The notes under the pieces are model-generated. The model was not told where the DNA came from. It did not search any database and saw only the letters and a program-made list of their open reading frames with translations. Both the position numbers and the translations under genes were made by a program. Shown piece by piece: positions 39,301-50,958 of a stretch of 64,000 bases of DNA. Position 1 is the stretch's first letter, and the number at the start of each line of letters is the position of its first letter. This DNA comes from Bugula neritina (Eukaryota; Animalia; Bryozoa). The stretch spans positions 4,073,929 through 4,137,928 of the forward strand of contig OZ037769.1 in the NCBI GenBank assembly GCA_964035545.1. Direction: 5' to 3'.

Positions 39301-40325
39301 CAACCAGAGTATATAGACACTTAACAAACTCAATACAATCAGCTGGCAGCACTCTTTAACAAAACTGTAATTACTATTTTTTCTAATCTATTGTTTTGAC
39401 AATATTATTTACTGGCACTGTCTATGAAGGACCCAAGAGGTTGGTTATTTTTATTCATATTATTGTTTGAATTATTATTTTATAATAAATTTACTTTTAT
39501 GGTTTTTATGAGCATTACTTTAATATTTTTAACTACATTTATATGCATGCAATAATTTATATTATGCTTTTTGCTTTTCTTATTTAGTTTTTACCAGAAA
39601 GTTTATCAACAAGTTTGACACCAAGTATAACCTACAATAAACTTCTGCGTTTGAAAATCCTGGTTTATTCATACGAGGCCAATAACATAGATGAATTATA
39701 AGAATGAAAAACTAACTTTCAAATGTCTTGTTTATACACATGCTACAAAATATGCAGCCCAGCTGTATTAACAGTTGGACTTCATTGTGTAGTGATTCAT
39801 AGGAATTTGGAATAATGTAATTTGGAAAATTCTGATGCTGTAGCCCCTTCCCCCAGCCCCGCCCAAGCTAAAGTTTACAATATAACCCTCGCCTTTTTTA
39901 GCGGCTCTTGCACTGAAAAGATTGGACACCCCTGATCTATACAATGAACAATGTTGCAGCATGTTAAGTTTCATTGTCATGAATGTCACGTGGATGCTGC
40001 AAACAAAGTATGAAATCAGGCAGCTGGGGAAATTTGGTGTATGTGAAAATTTAATTTATGATGATAGCATGATTTTAGATTTTAGCTATAAAAATTGTTA
40101 CTAGCAGTTACTAATTATGAAGGACATGATATTGTTATTTCATATACCTTTCACTTTGTGAGAAAAAAAGTCAAGTTTTCTCTCTGTTTCAAATTTGGGA
40201 GTTTCTAGTGGCAAGGTTATGGGAGTACTCCGCTGTTTATAAGACTTCTTTTTCTCAATCGGCACCGTTGTTGCACTTTCTCTTCTAGGTTTCTTTATAT
40301 TTTCCATCTCAGATTGCATCAACAT
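36346..40325 (-). CDS. Putative chymotrypsin-fold (clan PA) protease-like protein with a Cys nucleophile motif GDCG, ~564 aa, no signal peptide; exons 40148-40325, 38607-38787, 36921-38021, 36346-36580 (5' end uncertain)
   Basis: Four exons join in frame with GT-AG sites. Motifs appear in triad order: IFAVVPAHLIL (His codon 37661-37663), FLNDIALLPI (Asp 37196-37198), LLEDGDCGRIVH (Cys 36559-36561), followed by PVGMYVS...YQAVILSQAFQDL. The N-terminal ~120 aa is charged and low in complexity. Confidence 0.72.
39900..39935 (-). mobile_element. Remnant end of a hAT (Charlie-like) DNA transposon
   Basis: The minus strand reads CAGGGGTGTCCAATCTTTT, which resembles hAT-Charlie termini; no matching opposite end found. 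Confidence 0.35.
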
Positions 40326-42180
40326 ATTTAGCCCCTAAAATAGGTATTTCAAACACAATTGATATTGCAATTTTTGAAACCATCTGAAAATTTCTAAAAC
40401 TAGTTTCTTTCTAGCCAATCTGCTGCCCATTCTCCGAAAAAACAATATGGCAATCAAAATTCATACATACTGAGGGGGTATAAATTTTAGCTTCTATATT
40501 TGGTTTATATAACTATAGCACTTAAATCAACATATAGTAATTAGTGTCTTTGGGTTGCTCATTTTTAATTTTCTATAATAAAAAATTGGCAGTATATTAA
40601 GCTAACATAGGTCTTAAAAAATGTCATAACTCTTGAAAAATGAATTAGCATAAACAATCCTAAGTTTACACTAAGGGAGTCCCAAAAATTAAAGAATGTT
40701 TCCATTGGGATGCTTTTGAAAAATGTATGGACATTCTTGGTCATGGCCGTCTTTAAACACCGGAATAATTTTGCAGTTTAGAAGCTTCTGTAAGAATTTT
40801 TTTTTCAAGCTGCAATACCTAGATTGGTTGAAAATCTTATGGATTAATTATTTGATCAAAAACAAACCAATATCTATATATATAATATGAAAAGTGACTA
40901 TGTGATTAGAAAAGTTCTTTTCTATAATATTTCTTTCTGAAATACAAGTTCTTCCAGAGAAAAAATATCTATATTAAAACTCTTACTTTTGAAATCTTTC
41001 ACTTTTCAAAAAATTATCGCTATGTAAACAACTTCAAAAAAACTCAAGGGTGTAAATAATGATACCTACTCTTTTCCTGTTCCTTTTTTGCACTGCAGTT
41101 TCTTTTTCCATTTTTCTCAGTGATTGATATGACTTTCTCTGTCTGCAATGGGATGCTGCAGTTATTTATTTGCAATAACAAATCCACAACTATAATAGTT
41201 TTACGCAGCATAATTAACAATAACATTTTATTTATTATACAGGCAAAAACTTGTTTTATATTAGTGCATGCCCTGTTTAGCCGTAATGAATAACCCATGT
41301 TTTACTTTTTACTAACTGACCAACCTTTCTATGCCTAAATGTGTGCTTTTTTCCTTCAGTTGGAAATTAAATTTTAAATTCAATTGAAGTTCTTATCAAT
41401 AGGAGTTTAAAGAGTGTCATTAAAACTATAAGGCTAAATAAGAAAGTGACTTAGTGTAGGTACATTTTACACGCAGCTATTTTGTCATTTTCCACCAATA
41501 ATTATATAATTGATGTTTAAATTGAAAAACTAACTTCTTTTAAAAATTTGCAATTGATGGCTCAGAATAAATTATATTATTATTAAATCATTTAGAGCTG
41601 GCATATAATACAATTACTGAAACAAATAGATTGTTCGATGAACTTAAAATAGTTAAATTGCATAAAAATTAAATTAGAGCTGTTTTGGTTGCGCTGGTTC
41701 TTCAAACCATTTACATACAAATTTTAAGTAAAACTGCTAAATATAGAACAAGCTTTAAGGTATACTCGTTATAAAGTATAGCATTAAAACAAATTAGTTT
41801 TTTAACCTTTTCTAATATTTTCTATTTTGCTGATGTTTATGAGAATTTTATGACTTTTTTAAAAATGGTTGATTTTGAAGCTTCATTTAGTTTGTTTGTG
41901 TAGCATCAATATAATGCTTGGAATTTGTTATTATGCATTCTGTCTTCAATTACAATATTTCACCCAATTTGTTATTTACTCAACATGATGTGGTTTGTAC
42001 TTTTTCAAATTTAATATACGTTTACTTTCATTTCGTGAATTTTTAGTGTGACAATTATACAGTTGTTACATGAGCAAACTTTCTATGATCTATTAATTTT
42101 AAACTCACCTAGGGATTAATAAGCTACTTGTCTCACTTGTTTGAACGTGCTCAGCAATCTTGGTATATAATGAGTTGAAC

Positions 42181-42234
42181 TTTGTATCTTAGAAAAATTA
42201 AGTAGTATACTACTTAATTTTTCTAAGGTACAAA
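42181..42234. repeat. Spacer-less palindrome (40-bp perfect core, 54 bp with one mismatch)
   Basis: CTTAGAAAAATTAAGTAGTA|TACTACTTAATTTTTCTAAG at 42188-42227. Confidence 0.92.
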
Positions 42235-42450
42235 TTATATAGGTATCTACGTGTCCTCAAACTATCTGTATTAATGACTAGTATATAGTATATTATTTAT
42301 AATATATACTTCTTTCCCTCGCTTATCTTATTTAGCCTATCTTCATCAGGCCATAGCTACTGTAGATATGATATAATTCAGTTCATATTCTAATCTACTT
42401 AGTATTCTCAACTATCTCTGTTTTGTCAGGTTTAGGTAGCAGAGATAGCT

Positions 42451-42491
42451 ATAGCTTATATAATAGCTATTTTAGCTATTATATAAGCTAT
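42451..42491. repeat. Perfect 19-bp inverted repeat with a 3-nt loop
   Basis: ATAGCTTATATAATAGCTA-ttt-TAGCTATTATATAAGCTAT. Confidence 0.9.
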
Positions 42492-42804
42492 CTGGGATAA
42501 TATTCCCAGTTTCATAGATATGTGTGTGGAAAAAAAGCAGTAATACATTAATAATAGATATGATTATTAATGAATACTTATCGGCAAAATATCTTTTCAA
42601 ACAACAAGAAGTATAGAAAATGCAAAATTAAGAAGTCAATGCAGATCAAAGGAATTTATTTATATGTGCCAAATAACAAGCAATCGATCAAATTTTATTC
42701 AAATATACATATATTTCAATATTTTTCAAATAAATTGCCTATAGAATATATATTGTACAAAAATAATAAATAGCGTCTCACTGGGAAGCGTCTATCTGGG
42801 ATGA

Positions 42805-43012
42805 CACCTATAGGAGTTAGAGCGTTTGCTTAGTAAGCACTAAGTCATGGGTTCGAACCTCAGTAAAGGCCATTGATGATGTTAAAAAGAGCATCCTGTC
42901 ATAATTGTTTTTGTGACTCATCTGAATAAGTCCTTAGCCCAATTTACCAAAAAAACCCTTTTATCAGGGTTTTCTCACAAGGATGGCTACAATAAACTTG
43001 CGTGAGTGAGTT
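42805..43012 (+). mobile_element. tRNA-derived SINE, family 2
   Basis: B box GGGTTCGAACC followed by cattgatgatgttaaaaagagcatcc...aaaccct...agggttttctcacaagg...ataaacttgc; homologous to 43047-43210 and 45850-46050. Confidence 0.7.
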
Positions 43013-43046
43013 TTTATATAGGTAAGTAAATTGTCACATATTAAAA

Positions 43047-43210
43047 AACTCATGCAAGTTTATAGTCCTTATCCTTGTAAGAAACCCTGGTGGAAAGGGT
43101 TTTTGTTAAAGCGGCCTAAGGACTTATTTAAATGAGACACAGGAGCAATTATGACTGGATGCTCTTCCTAACATCACCAATGACCTTTGTCTGGGCTCGA
43201 ACCCATGACA
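43047..43210 (-). mobile_element. tRNA-derived SINE, family 2 (5'-truncated, inverted relative to its neighbour)
   Basis: The reverse complement starts gtcatgggttcgagcc...cattggtgatgttaggaagagcatccagtcataattgctcctgtg. Confidence 0.7.
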
Positions 43211-44213
43211 ATTATGAAGAGTTAATCCGTTAATGAAATGAGAAGCATTTACAGAGGTTACAGTGTTTGTTGTTTTCCAACATGTAAGAAGATAACTCTA
43301 AACTATTCATGAAATGTACAACATATAACGGGAAGGTAACTCTTAATAAGCAATATACAGTATGAAAACATCAATCATAACAAAGGGATTGATACTTGTG
43401 CTAGAAATTTGAAATGTCTGTCTGTATAGAGCTGACCATTACAATCTTTTCACACAGCTCTAATTTTAAATTATAAGCCTAGTCGAATTATAATATTGAG
43501 ATGTTTAATGTATATAGCATATTGACTATACTCTTCCAGCATTCTACAGGACAATCAATGCAACTGCCTGATCTATGTTAATTGTCTGTCTAAACTACAG
43601 TGTAACATTATTGGTTTCATGCAGTTAATATTCACATATTCACATATTGTTACTCATTTTAATTCTTGCTGAATTATTCTGTTTTGATCACTAATGCTGT
43701 TAGAAATAAAAAATTACAAAACTGTAATATTTTTAAGCAACTCCTTTTGGTTAGTGGCCTAATGAATTCATGAGACAGTAACTCATAATTTTTCTTAGCA
43801 ACAAACTGCTCGACAATACTCGCCAATATGCTATATGTTGGTAGTTATAAAGTATGAGTTTTAAATTATAATTTCTCATTACATATTCTAATACCACCAC
43901 ACCTTTCAAACATAGCACGTCTTTCATAATATGTTATATGGGTCATTTTACTTTATTTAGTGCGTGCTTTTTACAGTGTAGCTGCTAATATATATGCTTT
44001 TTGGCGTAAAATAATAAAATAATAGTGAATACAAATATAGATAATTGCATTTAAGTTTTTCTCAAATTATAATTGACTCTCTGAATTTTTTTCCTAATAT
44101 CCTATAATAACCAATATGGTATTTAAATGAACATTATTTTTGTAGGTTTCCTTATCAGCATTTTTTACTCATATATATTTGCAATGCCTAATCATAAAAA
44201 GCTCACAACCTAC

Positions 44214-44216
<3 letters not shown>

Positions 44217-44274
<58 letters not shown>

Positions 44275-44277
44275 TAT

Positions 44278-44331
<54 letters not shown>

Positions 44332-44334
44332 TAT

Positions 44335-44420
<86 letters not shown>
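44217..44420. repeat. Compound (TA)n microsatellite
   Basis: About 200 bp of TA with a duplicated interruption pattern. Confidence 0.97.
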
Positions 44421-44424
<4 letters not shown>

Positions 44425-44871
44425 ACATGTATATAAAATATATGTTCATTTATGAATTAATTTGACTTATACCTGCAGTTAGAATTAATTACAATTTTGA
44501 GGCAATGAGTTTTATTTGGTATCAATTACATTGAAGTTCATTAACATTTTTAAAATGAGCTTAGATTAAAATTAACAAAATGCTGATTTTTGTAAACTCA
44601 TGTTTTAGCAAAACTTACCTAGACATAAAAATGAATAATAACTACATTAAATAGGCTCGATTAACTTCGTTGATTTGTGCAAAGAAACTAATAATTTATC
44701 ATTTCAATTTATAAACTCTAAAAAATACAGTAATAAATATACATGGCATAAAACAAATTTATCTTCTATGTAAAAAGGTTTACTGGAATAATTTTAGTTT
44801 ATGAAAGAACTTTCAGCTCTAATCTATACATAATACTTCGCATGTGTTTCTGTAATACAAATCAAAGTTGT

Positions 44872-45248
44872 TTAGTTACAGGTTTGTAGTCCTAGAGATA
44901 TAATATAAGGGCAAAGGGATTTCAAAGCTTCATCAACCACGTATCTCTGAATAGACTCTGCAATAGAACATCCTTGTCTTTTTGCCTCATCATAGCACGT
45001 GTTTACTATGCTTACCCGACTACTGCAATAAGAATAAATCAAGTGTAAGACGTTTTGGTCAAAAATCTCTACAAAATGTAATATTATACATCTATATACA
45101 CAATTTTTTTATTCAATTGTATAGTATCATCGTAATGCCAGCAATACAAGTGCTAGTTTTAAAACAGTTTTATATATATATAAAATATAGAAATAATAAA
45201 ACCATAGCTTTTGCTTTAGACCAAAAATAGTTGGCAGCTTTAAATTTG

Positions 45249-45340
<92 letters not shown>

Positions 45341-48300
45341 TTAATTGCTATCAAATAATATATTGATCATCATACCAATGATAAAATCCTTCAAAGTTGT
45401 CTTCCCTTACACAACAATATTGCAAAATGATGTATTTTTATACATACACATAGTTATACAAGTTAAACTTACCAGTCAATAACAACATTATTTTCAGGAG
45501 AAATGGATGCAAGGGAGTTCACACAGTCTTTTAGTTTACTGCAACCTAAAAATGAAAAGCAGCTAAATTTCACCAAAATTTAGCAAAATACTGCATTGAT
45601 AAATTCTGAGTTTAGAAAAAGTGTTTCAAGAATTCAATTTCTAAAAAAAGTTGTCTCTCAACATTTCTAATAGTCATGCCAATTATATTGATCACATTGT
45701 ATGTACAAGTAATTTTAGTCATCTACACTGCTAGTTATATATGCAACTTTATAGTCATATGTTATATAAGGATTAACACGCTTTGAAGTATATTCTATAC
45801 TGGTCACCTTTTACAGCCGGGGTAATGCCCCGGTAGCAAAACCCGCACTTAAGTTTATAGTCGACATCCCTGCGAGAAAATTTCCCTGGAGAGAGTTTTG
45901 ATAAAAGTGGGCGAAAAATTTATTTAAATAAGGCACAGGAGCAATTATGACTAGATGCTCTTCCTAACATCACCAATGGCTTTTGTTCGAGCTTGAACCC
46001 ATGACCTGGAGTTTACTTATAGGCAAACTCTCTAACCCCTAGGGCCTAGATATATTACTACTGATAAATATAAGCTGTATTAATTAGTTTATACACAGCA
46101 AATCCAATAGTATTCAATAAATACAATAGCAAGCTACTATTTGTTTGTTTACATTTTAAATCAATATTATAGCTATATATTATTATGATCACAATAATTA
46201 TAAGTTTTGCTTTCAGAAGCTGTCAATAAATAAATACATCACGGATTACAAAATTGATGTAATTCTTCATAGATTATCATGTTACCCAACATTTAACAAA
46301 ACTATGGCAATATAGAACGGGCTGATTATTGCAATTACATTATAAAGCTATCATTATATGTTATCAAAACTATAAAATTTCATTATGTGGATGCTATAAT
46401 GAATACATGGAGGGAGAGGGGGGTGCCTTGCGTAACTGAACAACTATAGTTAGTAAGCATAGGTTACCTGAACATCAATGGTTACAACTAAATTATAATT
46501 TATATAATAGAGGATACATAATGTCACATTTGTAAAAATCTCTAGCTTTAATTGGTGCCAGCTTATATATATCATTTATAGTTATACTTAAAATTCCTAA
46601 CTTGTTATATTATCTCTAAAACTATCTTATTATACCTGTTGACTATAATGCAAAACAATATAAGCTGCAAAGGCGCATAACAGTAAAATATATTGTAAAT
46701 TTTCTTTAAAAATTTAAATTTTATGTTAATATGATCATTTTTATCAAGAATATAAGTTTCTTTTGAAGTTTCAAAATATTGTCTTTTATAAAGTAGTGAA
46801 AATTGCATTTAGCATGTGTCAAGAATCAATTTCCGTTTCATGATATTATGGTAAATTATTTGTCAACAAGTTTTGTAGTCGAGAAAGATTTATTACAGCA
46901 TTTTTACTGTTTAAAGCTCTTAATTTTTTGCTATGCTCATAATATAATAATGCAGCTATAATTATTTTTTATAAAATTTAAAACTTATATGACATGAGTG
47001 TTTTTATAAAGTTATTATTTTTTATCATAATTATAATATAATGTATATTTTAGAATACTCAAGATAATATTATATATAAAACATTTAATTTTATATTGTT
47101 ATATTATATTTATATTATAGTATCTTATATTATATTATTATGTTACATTATCATATACAATTATATTATGCTTTATATTACTCAATATATATCAAAATGT
47201 CTCCCAATAAGCTCCTATCTATATAAGTAATCTGCTCACTTTTTCATCCAATTTTAGATATTTGTGAAACAGACTATAGATCATATAGAATATATTATTT
47301 TATCTCTACTTCATGCGTCGAATCTAGCAACGAATGTACTCAAAATTATGTGATATATCATAATATTATTTTTAATATCAATTTGCAAGAGTTGTCTTCT
47401 TTAACATAAATTTAAAACTAAAATAATATTTTTTTTATAAAAACTGAACTTTAATATGATTTATGAAATAGTATGCATGAGTGTGCACACTTATGATTGC
47501 ACACACATGATTATCTTGTTGTGCTAAAAACTTATAGACTGAGAACTTACCATCTGTGGGGTAAGATATGTTGAATTGTCCGCAGTTCTTATGGAAAGTG
47601 AAGAAAGTTTTAATGCCTTGAGCTAACCTGGTGACTGGGTTTTTTATCTCACAGGTTGCCATCAAACCCATCATTAACGCCCTAGCACTATATAACATTT
47701 ATGCAGCAGTAAAAGTAATATAGTAATAGTAACAGTATAGCAGCTAGTAACAATATATACAGTAACAGCATATTATATAGTAGTAACTAATATAGTTTAT
47801 TCCAGCATTGATTTGTCAGAGCTGAAGTAACTTAAAAGCTTTTGCTCTGTTATATGATAAATATAGGTACAGTAGTTTCCACATAGTAATAATATAGGTT
47901 TCTATTTGAATTGCAATATTTATGAATAATTTTATATATTTCACACATATTCAATAGAAGAGTTACGTAACTTGTCTTTCAATATCACCTATAAACAAGC
48001 TTGTTTACTAATTGTAAAGCTTTTTAATTTTGATACCCAACAGATGAACTGCTATTACAAACTTTCTTTTTTTTTGAGTTTGGTTAATGTGGGTTGTACT
48101 AACAGTTGAAGTTATTTCATTTTTATCAGCTATTAAGACAAACTGGTTGTGTAAAAGAAAGTTATAATAGTAATTTATACATACTTTAGACAGCTTTCAT
48201 TGGTCTGTCGCTCTACCATTTCTGAAAAGCTACAGAAAATCTCTGATATCTTATCTTCGCAAACTAAAAAGTAAAGTCATATGCACTAATTCAGTATTGT

Positions 48301-49622
48301 GAAGATATAACAACTTCATAGAATCTTAGTTATCTGCATGCTACAATTAATAGAGATGTTGAGTAATTTACAAATTTTTATATCAAAAAGTGCAGAATTT
48401 TGTCATCTGTGAAATTTGCTGCCAAAATGTATTTATTAATTTGTTTAAAAATTAAAATAATTTATGAACTTGAGCAATTCAATTTAATAAAACATATTTG
48501 TTATAAATACAAATCAATTATTATATTAATATATATGTATGTTAAAGTAATGCTATGTTAATTTAATACAATAAGCAAAGACTTCATATTAGTTGATGTT
48601 TTAATGTTTATATGTACCTGGTAGGCTAATTTCTACACACTGCATGCCTGAAACAAAATATTAAAAATAGTTTAATATATTTGTTGAAATTTTTACATTA
48701 TATTATTATAATATATCGACAAAATGCAATAAATATGGAAAAGCAATATAAATAAAACCAAAAAATTGGAAATAAATTCATATATTTGCACAACAACTAC
48801 TATAACATAAAACACAACAAAGCATGAAAAAACCAACTTTTGGATTTAAACGCAGTGTCTCGCAGTATTATAAGTTAATTAGCTAATTTTTAAATTTAGA
48901 TCTAAATTCACACGACTCAGACACTTTCGATTTTTATCAAGTCAAGACAGAAAAATATATTGTATCACGATGAAGTAAAATGTGGCTATAAAATAGTGTA
49001 TAACATGTAATCATAAAAGATCCTTGTTAGCCAATCAACTCGTAAACTTACCTGCAAATAACATGGCAAGCCAGACAAATATTGCCAAGTTAGTCTTTCC
49101 AAACACTAAAATAAAGGTTAAATGTCACGTAGTATAAATTTAATAAACTTTTAATAAATGCTGGATATGGAAATTTATAAACACAATTCTTTTGCTCATA
49201 TCATATAGGTAACAACATATTAACTAACTAAAAGTTAACCGTATATACTGCGTGTATTATAATGTTAAATTACCTAAATTTGTATACAATCATTAAACTC
49301 GAAACAGATAGGCCTACATTAGTTACTACATTCCAAATAATAATAATTTTGACAAAATATGGAAGGCATGCAGATATTTAATAAATTAAAACACTACCAG
49401 TATATTAGACGACATTAAAATACTTTGACTTAAATGAAGAAGAATTTTCCGAGTTGAAACAACATGAAGCATTTACCTAAACGTATATAATGCAAAGTAA
49501 AACCAAAAAGCTTAAATTTTCACAGTATCAAAGATATAAACTAACCATAACTATATAAGACTATATATGTATGTGCAAGATCCTATGATAGACTATTAGT
49601 AAACTTTCATATACTTACACAT
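44872..49622 (-). CDS. Secreted 12-cysteine protein, paralogue C (175 aa); exons 49619-49622, 49052-49105, 48618-48647, 48185-48263, 47551-47687, 45473-45545, 44872-45022
   Basis: Spliced product: MLFGKTNLAIFVWLAMLFAGMQCVEISLPVCEDKISEIFCSFSEMVERQTNESCLNARALMMGLMATCEIKNPVTRLAQGIKTFFTFHKNCGQFNISYPTDGCSKLKDCVNSLASISPENNVVIDCSRVSIVNTCYDEAKRQGCSIAESIQRYVVDEALKSLCPYIISLGLQTCN*. Confidence 0.87.
45253..45338. repeat. (TA)n microsatellite in the last intron of gene C
   Basis: Pure TA run. Confidence 0.97.
45850..46050 (-). mobile_element. tRNA-derived SINE, family 2
   Basis: Shares cacaggagcaattatgact.gatgctcttcctaacatcaccaatg and gaacccatgac with the 43047 copy. Tail fragments also appear at ~19043-19097 and ~29715-29765. 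Confidence 0.72.
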
Positions 49623-49707
49623 TTTGAAGAATCAAGTAATTGACCAAAAATATAAGGGAACAATACACTTTTACTTGACGATATGGTAGCTTGAAAAAAG
49701 TAACACT

Positions 49708-49775
49708 TCTTTTTATAACACCTTTAATAGCGAATTGACCAATCATATTAGTTCGCCTACAATCATGAGCCAATA
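49708..49775 (-). promoter_or_regulatory. Core promoter of gene C (GATTGGTCA + TATA)
   Basis: On the minus strand: GATTGGTCA (49736-49744), then TATAAAAA (~49710-49717), about 90 bp upstream of the ATG. Confidence 0.55.
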
Positions 49776-50903
49776 AAAAAACTTCTAAGTTTGTTTTGCA
49801 AAACCTCGTAAACCCTAAACTTGTATATTTATCTTAAACGGCTAATTGAAATATTTGTTTGTTATATATATATCTGAGTCTATATTAGCTTATATACTCA
49901 ATAATTATATTAACTCCATATAAAATATTGAGTAAAGGATTTTTTTTTCAAAAAGCAAACCCAACCTTATATAAGTGTGAGTTACGATTGGTATGGGTAT
50001 GTCAAAAATTATAAAGAATATATTATTTTCAATTGAAAAGAAAATTTCTATTGCTTTATGACACTCAATGTTAAACTAAAGACCATGCTGTATGCTGAAT
50101 GGCACAGATGCAGGCCACAACTCAACCTTTCCCCTAAAGCCAACAGTTTATATTTCTTTCAAAACTTACAATTATTTGGGCAATAAAGTTCAAGTTGCCT
50201 GCATCTTTACCAAGAGGAAAATTGAGCTATACTGACTCATCAAACAATAGCTATATATACCAGTATAAAGCTATCGCAAAAGCTTTCACGAAAAGTTTTC
50301 ATCAAACAATATCTTACTTAATGACCAAAAAGCTCCTGAAACAGTGGTATCGCAACTTTATTTGGTATATATAGAAGCATTTTTGTTTATTAAAATTCAG
50401 TCTGTTCTAAATTATAATTTACCTATTTTCATGCAACGGGTGATACTGGATTGTACATGGTACCAGCACCAGGTATAGAGAAACAAGACCTGATTAAAAT
50501 TACACATTACAGGTTTGGGCAACCTTGTAAATCTTGCACAATATAATTATAATGATTAAATTAGTACCTCTAGATCTGTGTTGTTGGTAAAGAGTAGCTT
50601 ATTGCTGAAGATAACTGTACACATGTTTTGAAGTCATGTCATTGCTTTATGAAACTTAATGTAACATCACATATTGAAATGATAATTGTAGTTATTACAA
50701 AGATAAAGAGTGGTTGAAGAATCAGAAGATGGTTCCATTATATAGAGGCTTTAATGATAACCTTCTTTAATGTAGTTAAAAATGTGTTATGAGAAAAAGT
50801 TAGGAGTAATTTTACTATTGTAACTGAGTATTAAATTTATGTAAAATTTTGATCAGCTCAAAAAATAGTGTAATGAATTTAGTCTAATTGCATTCATTAA
50901 TTA

Positions 50904-50958
50904 TAGTGGTCACTTTTAGTCACCTTTCACTACTGTGATCCTGTGCAAGTGGCAGGTT
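50904..50958 (+). repeat. Second copy of the short GGTCAC-dimer/hairpin dispersed repeat
   Basis: Aligns with 14098-14160. Confidence 0.5.

Noticed and set aside
44127-45354. ORFs 44127..44465, 44210..44449, 45127..45354 (poly-YI)
   Set aside because: Translations of (TA)n microsatellites.
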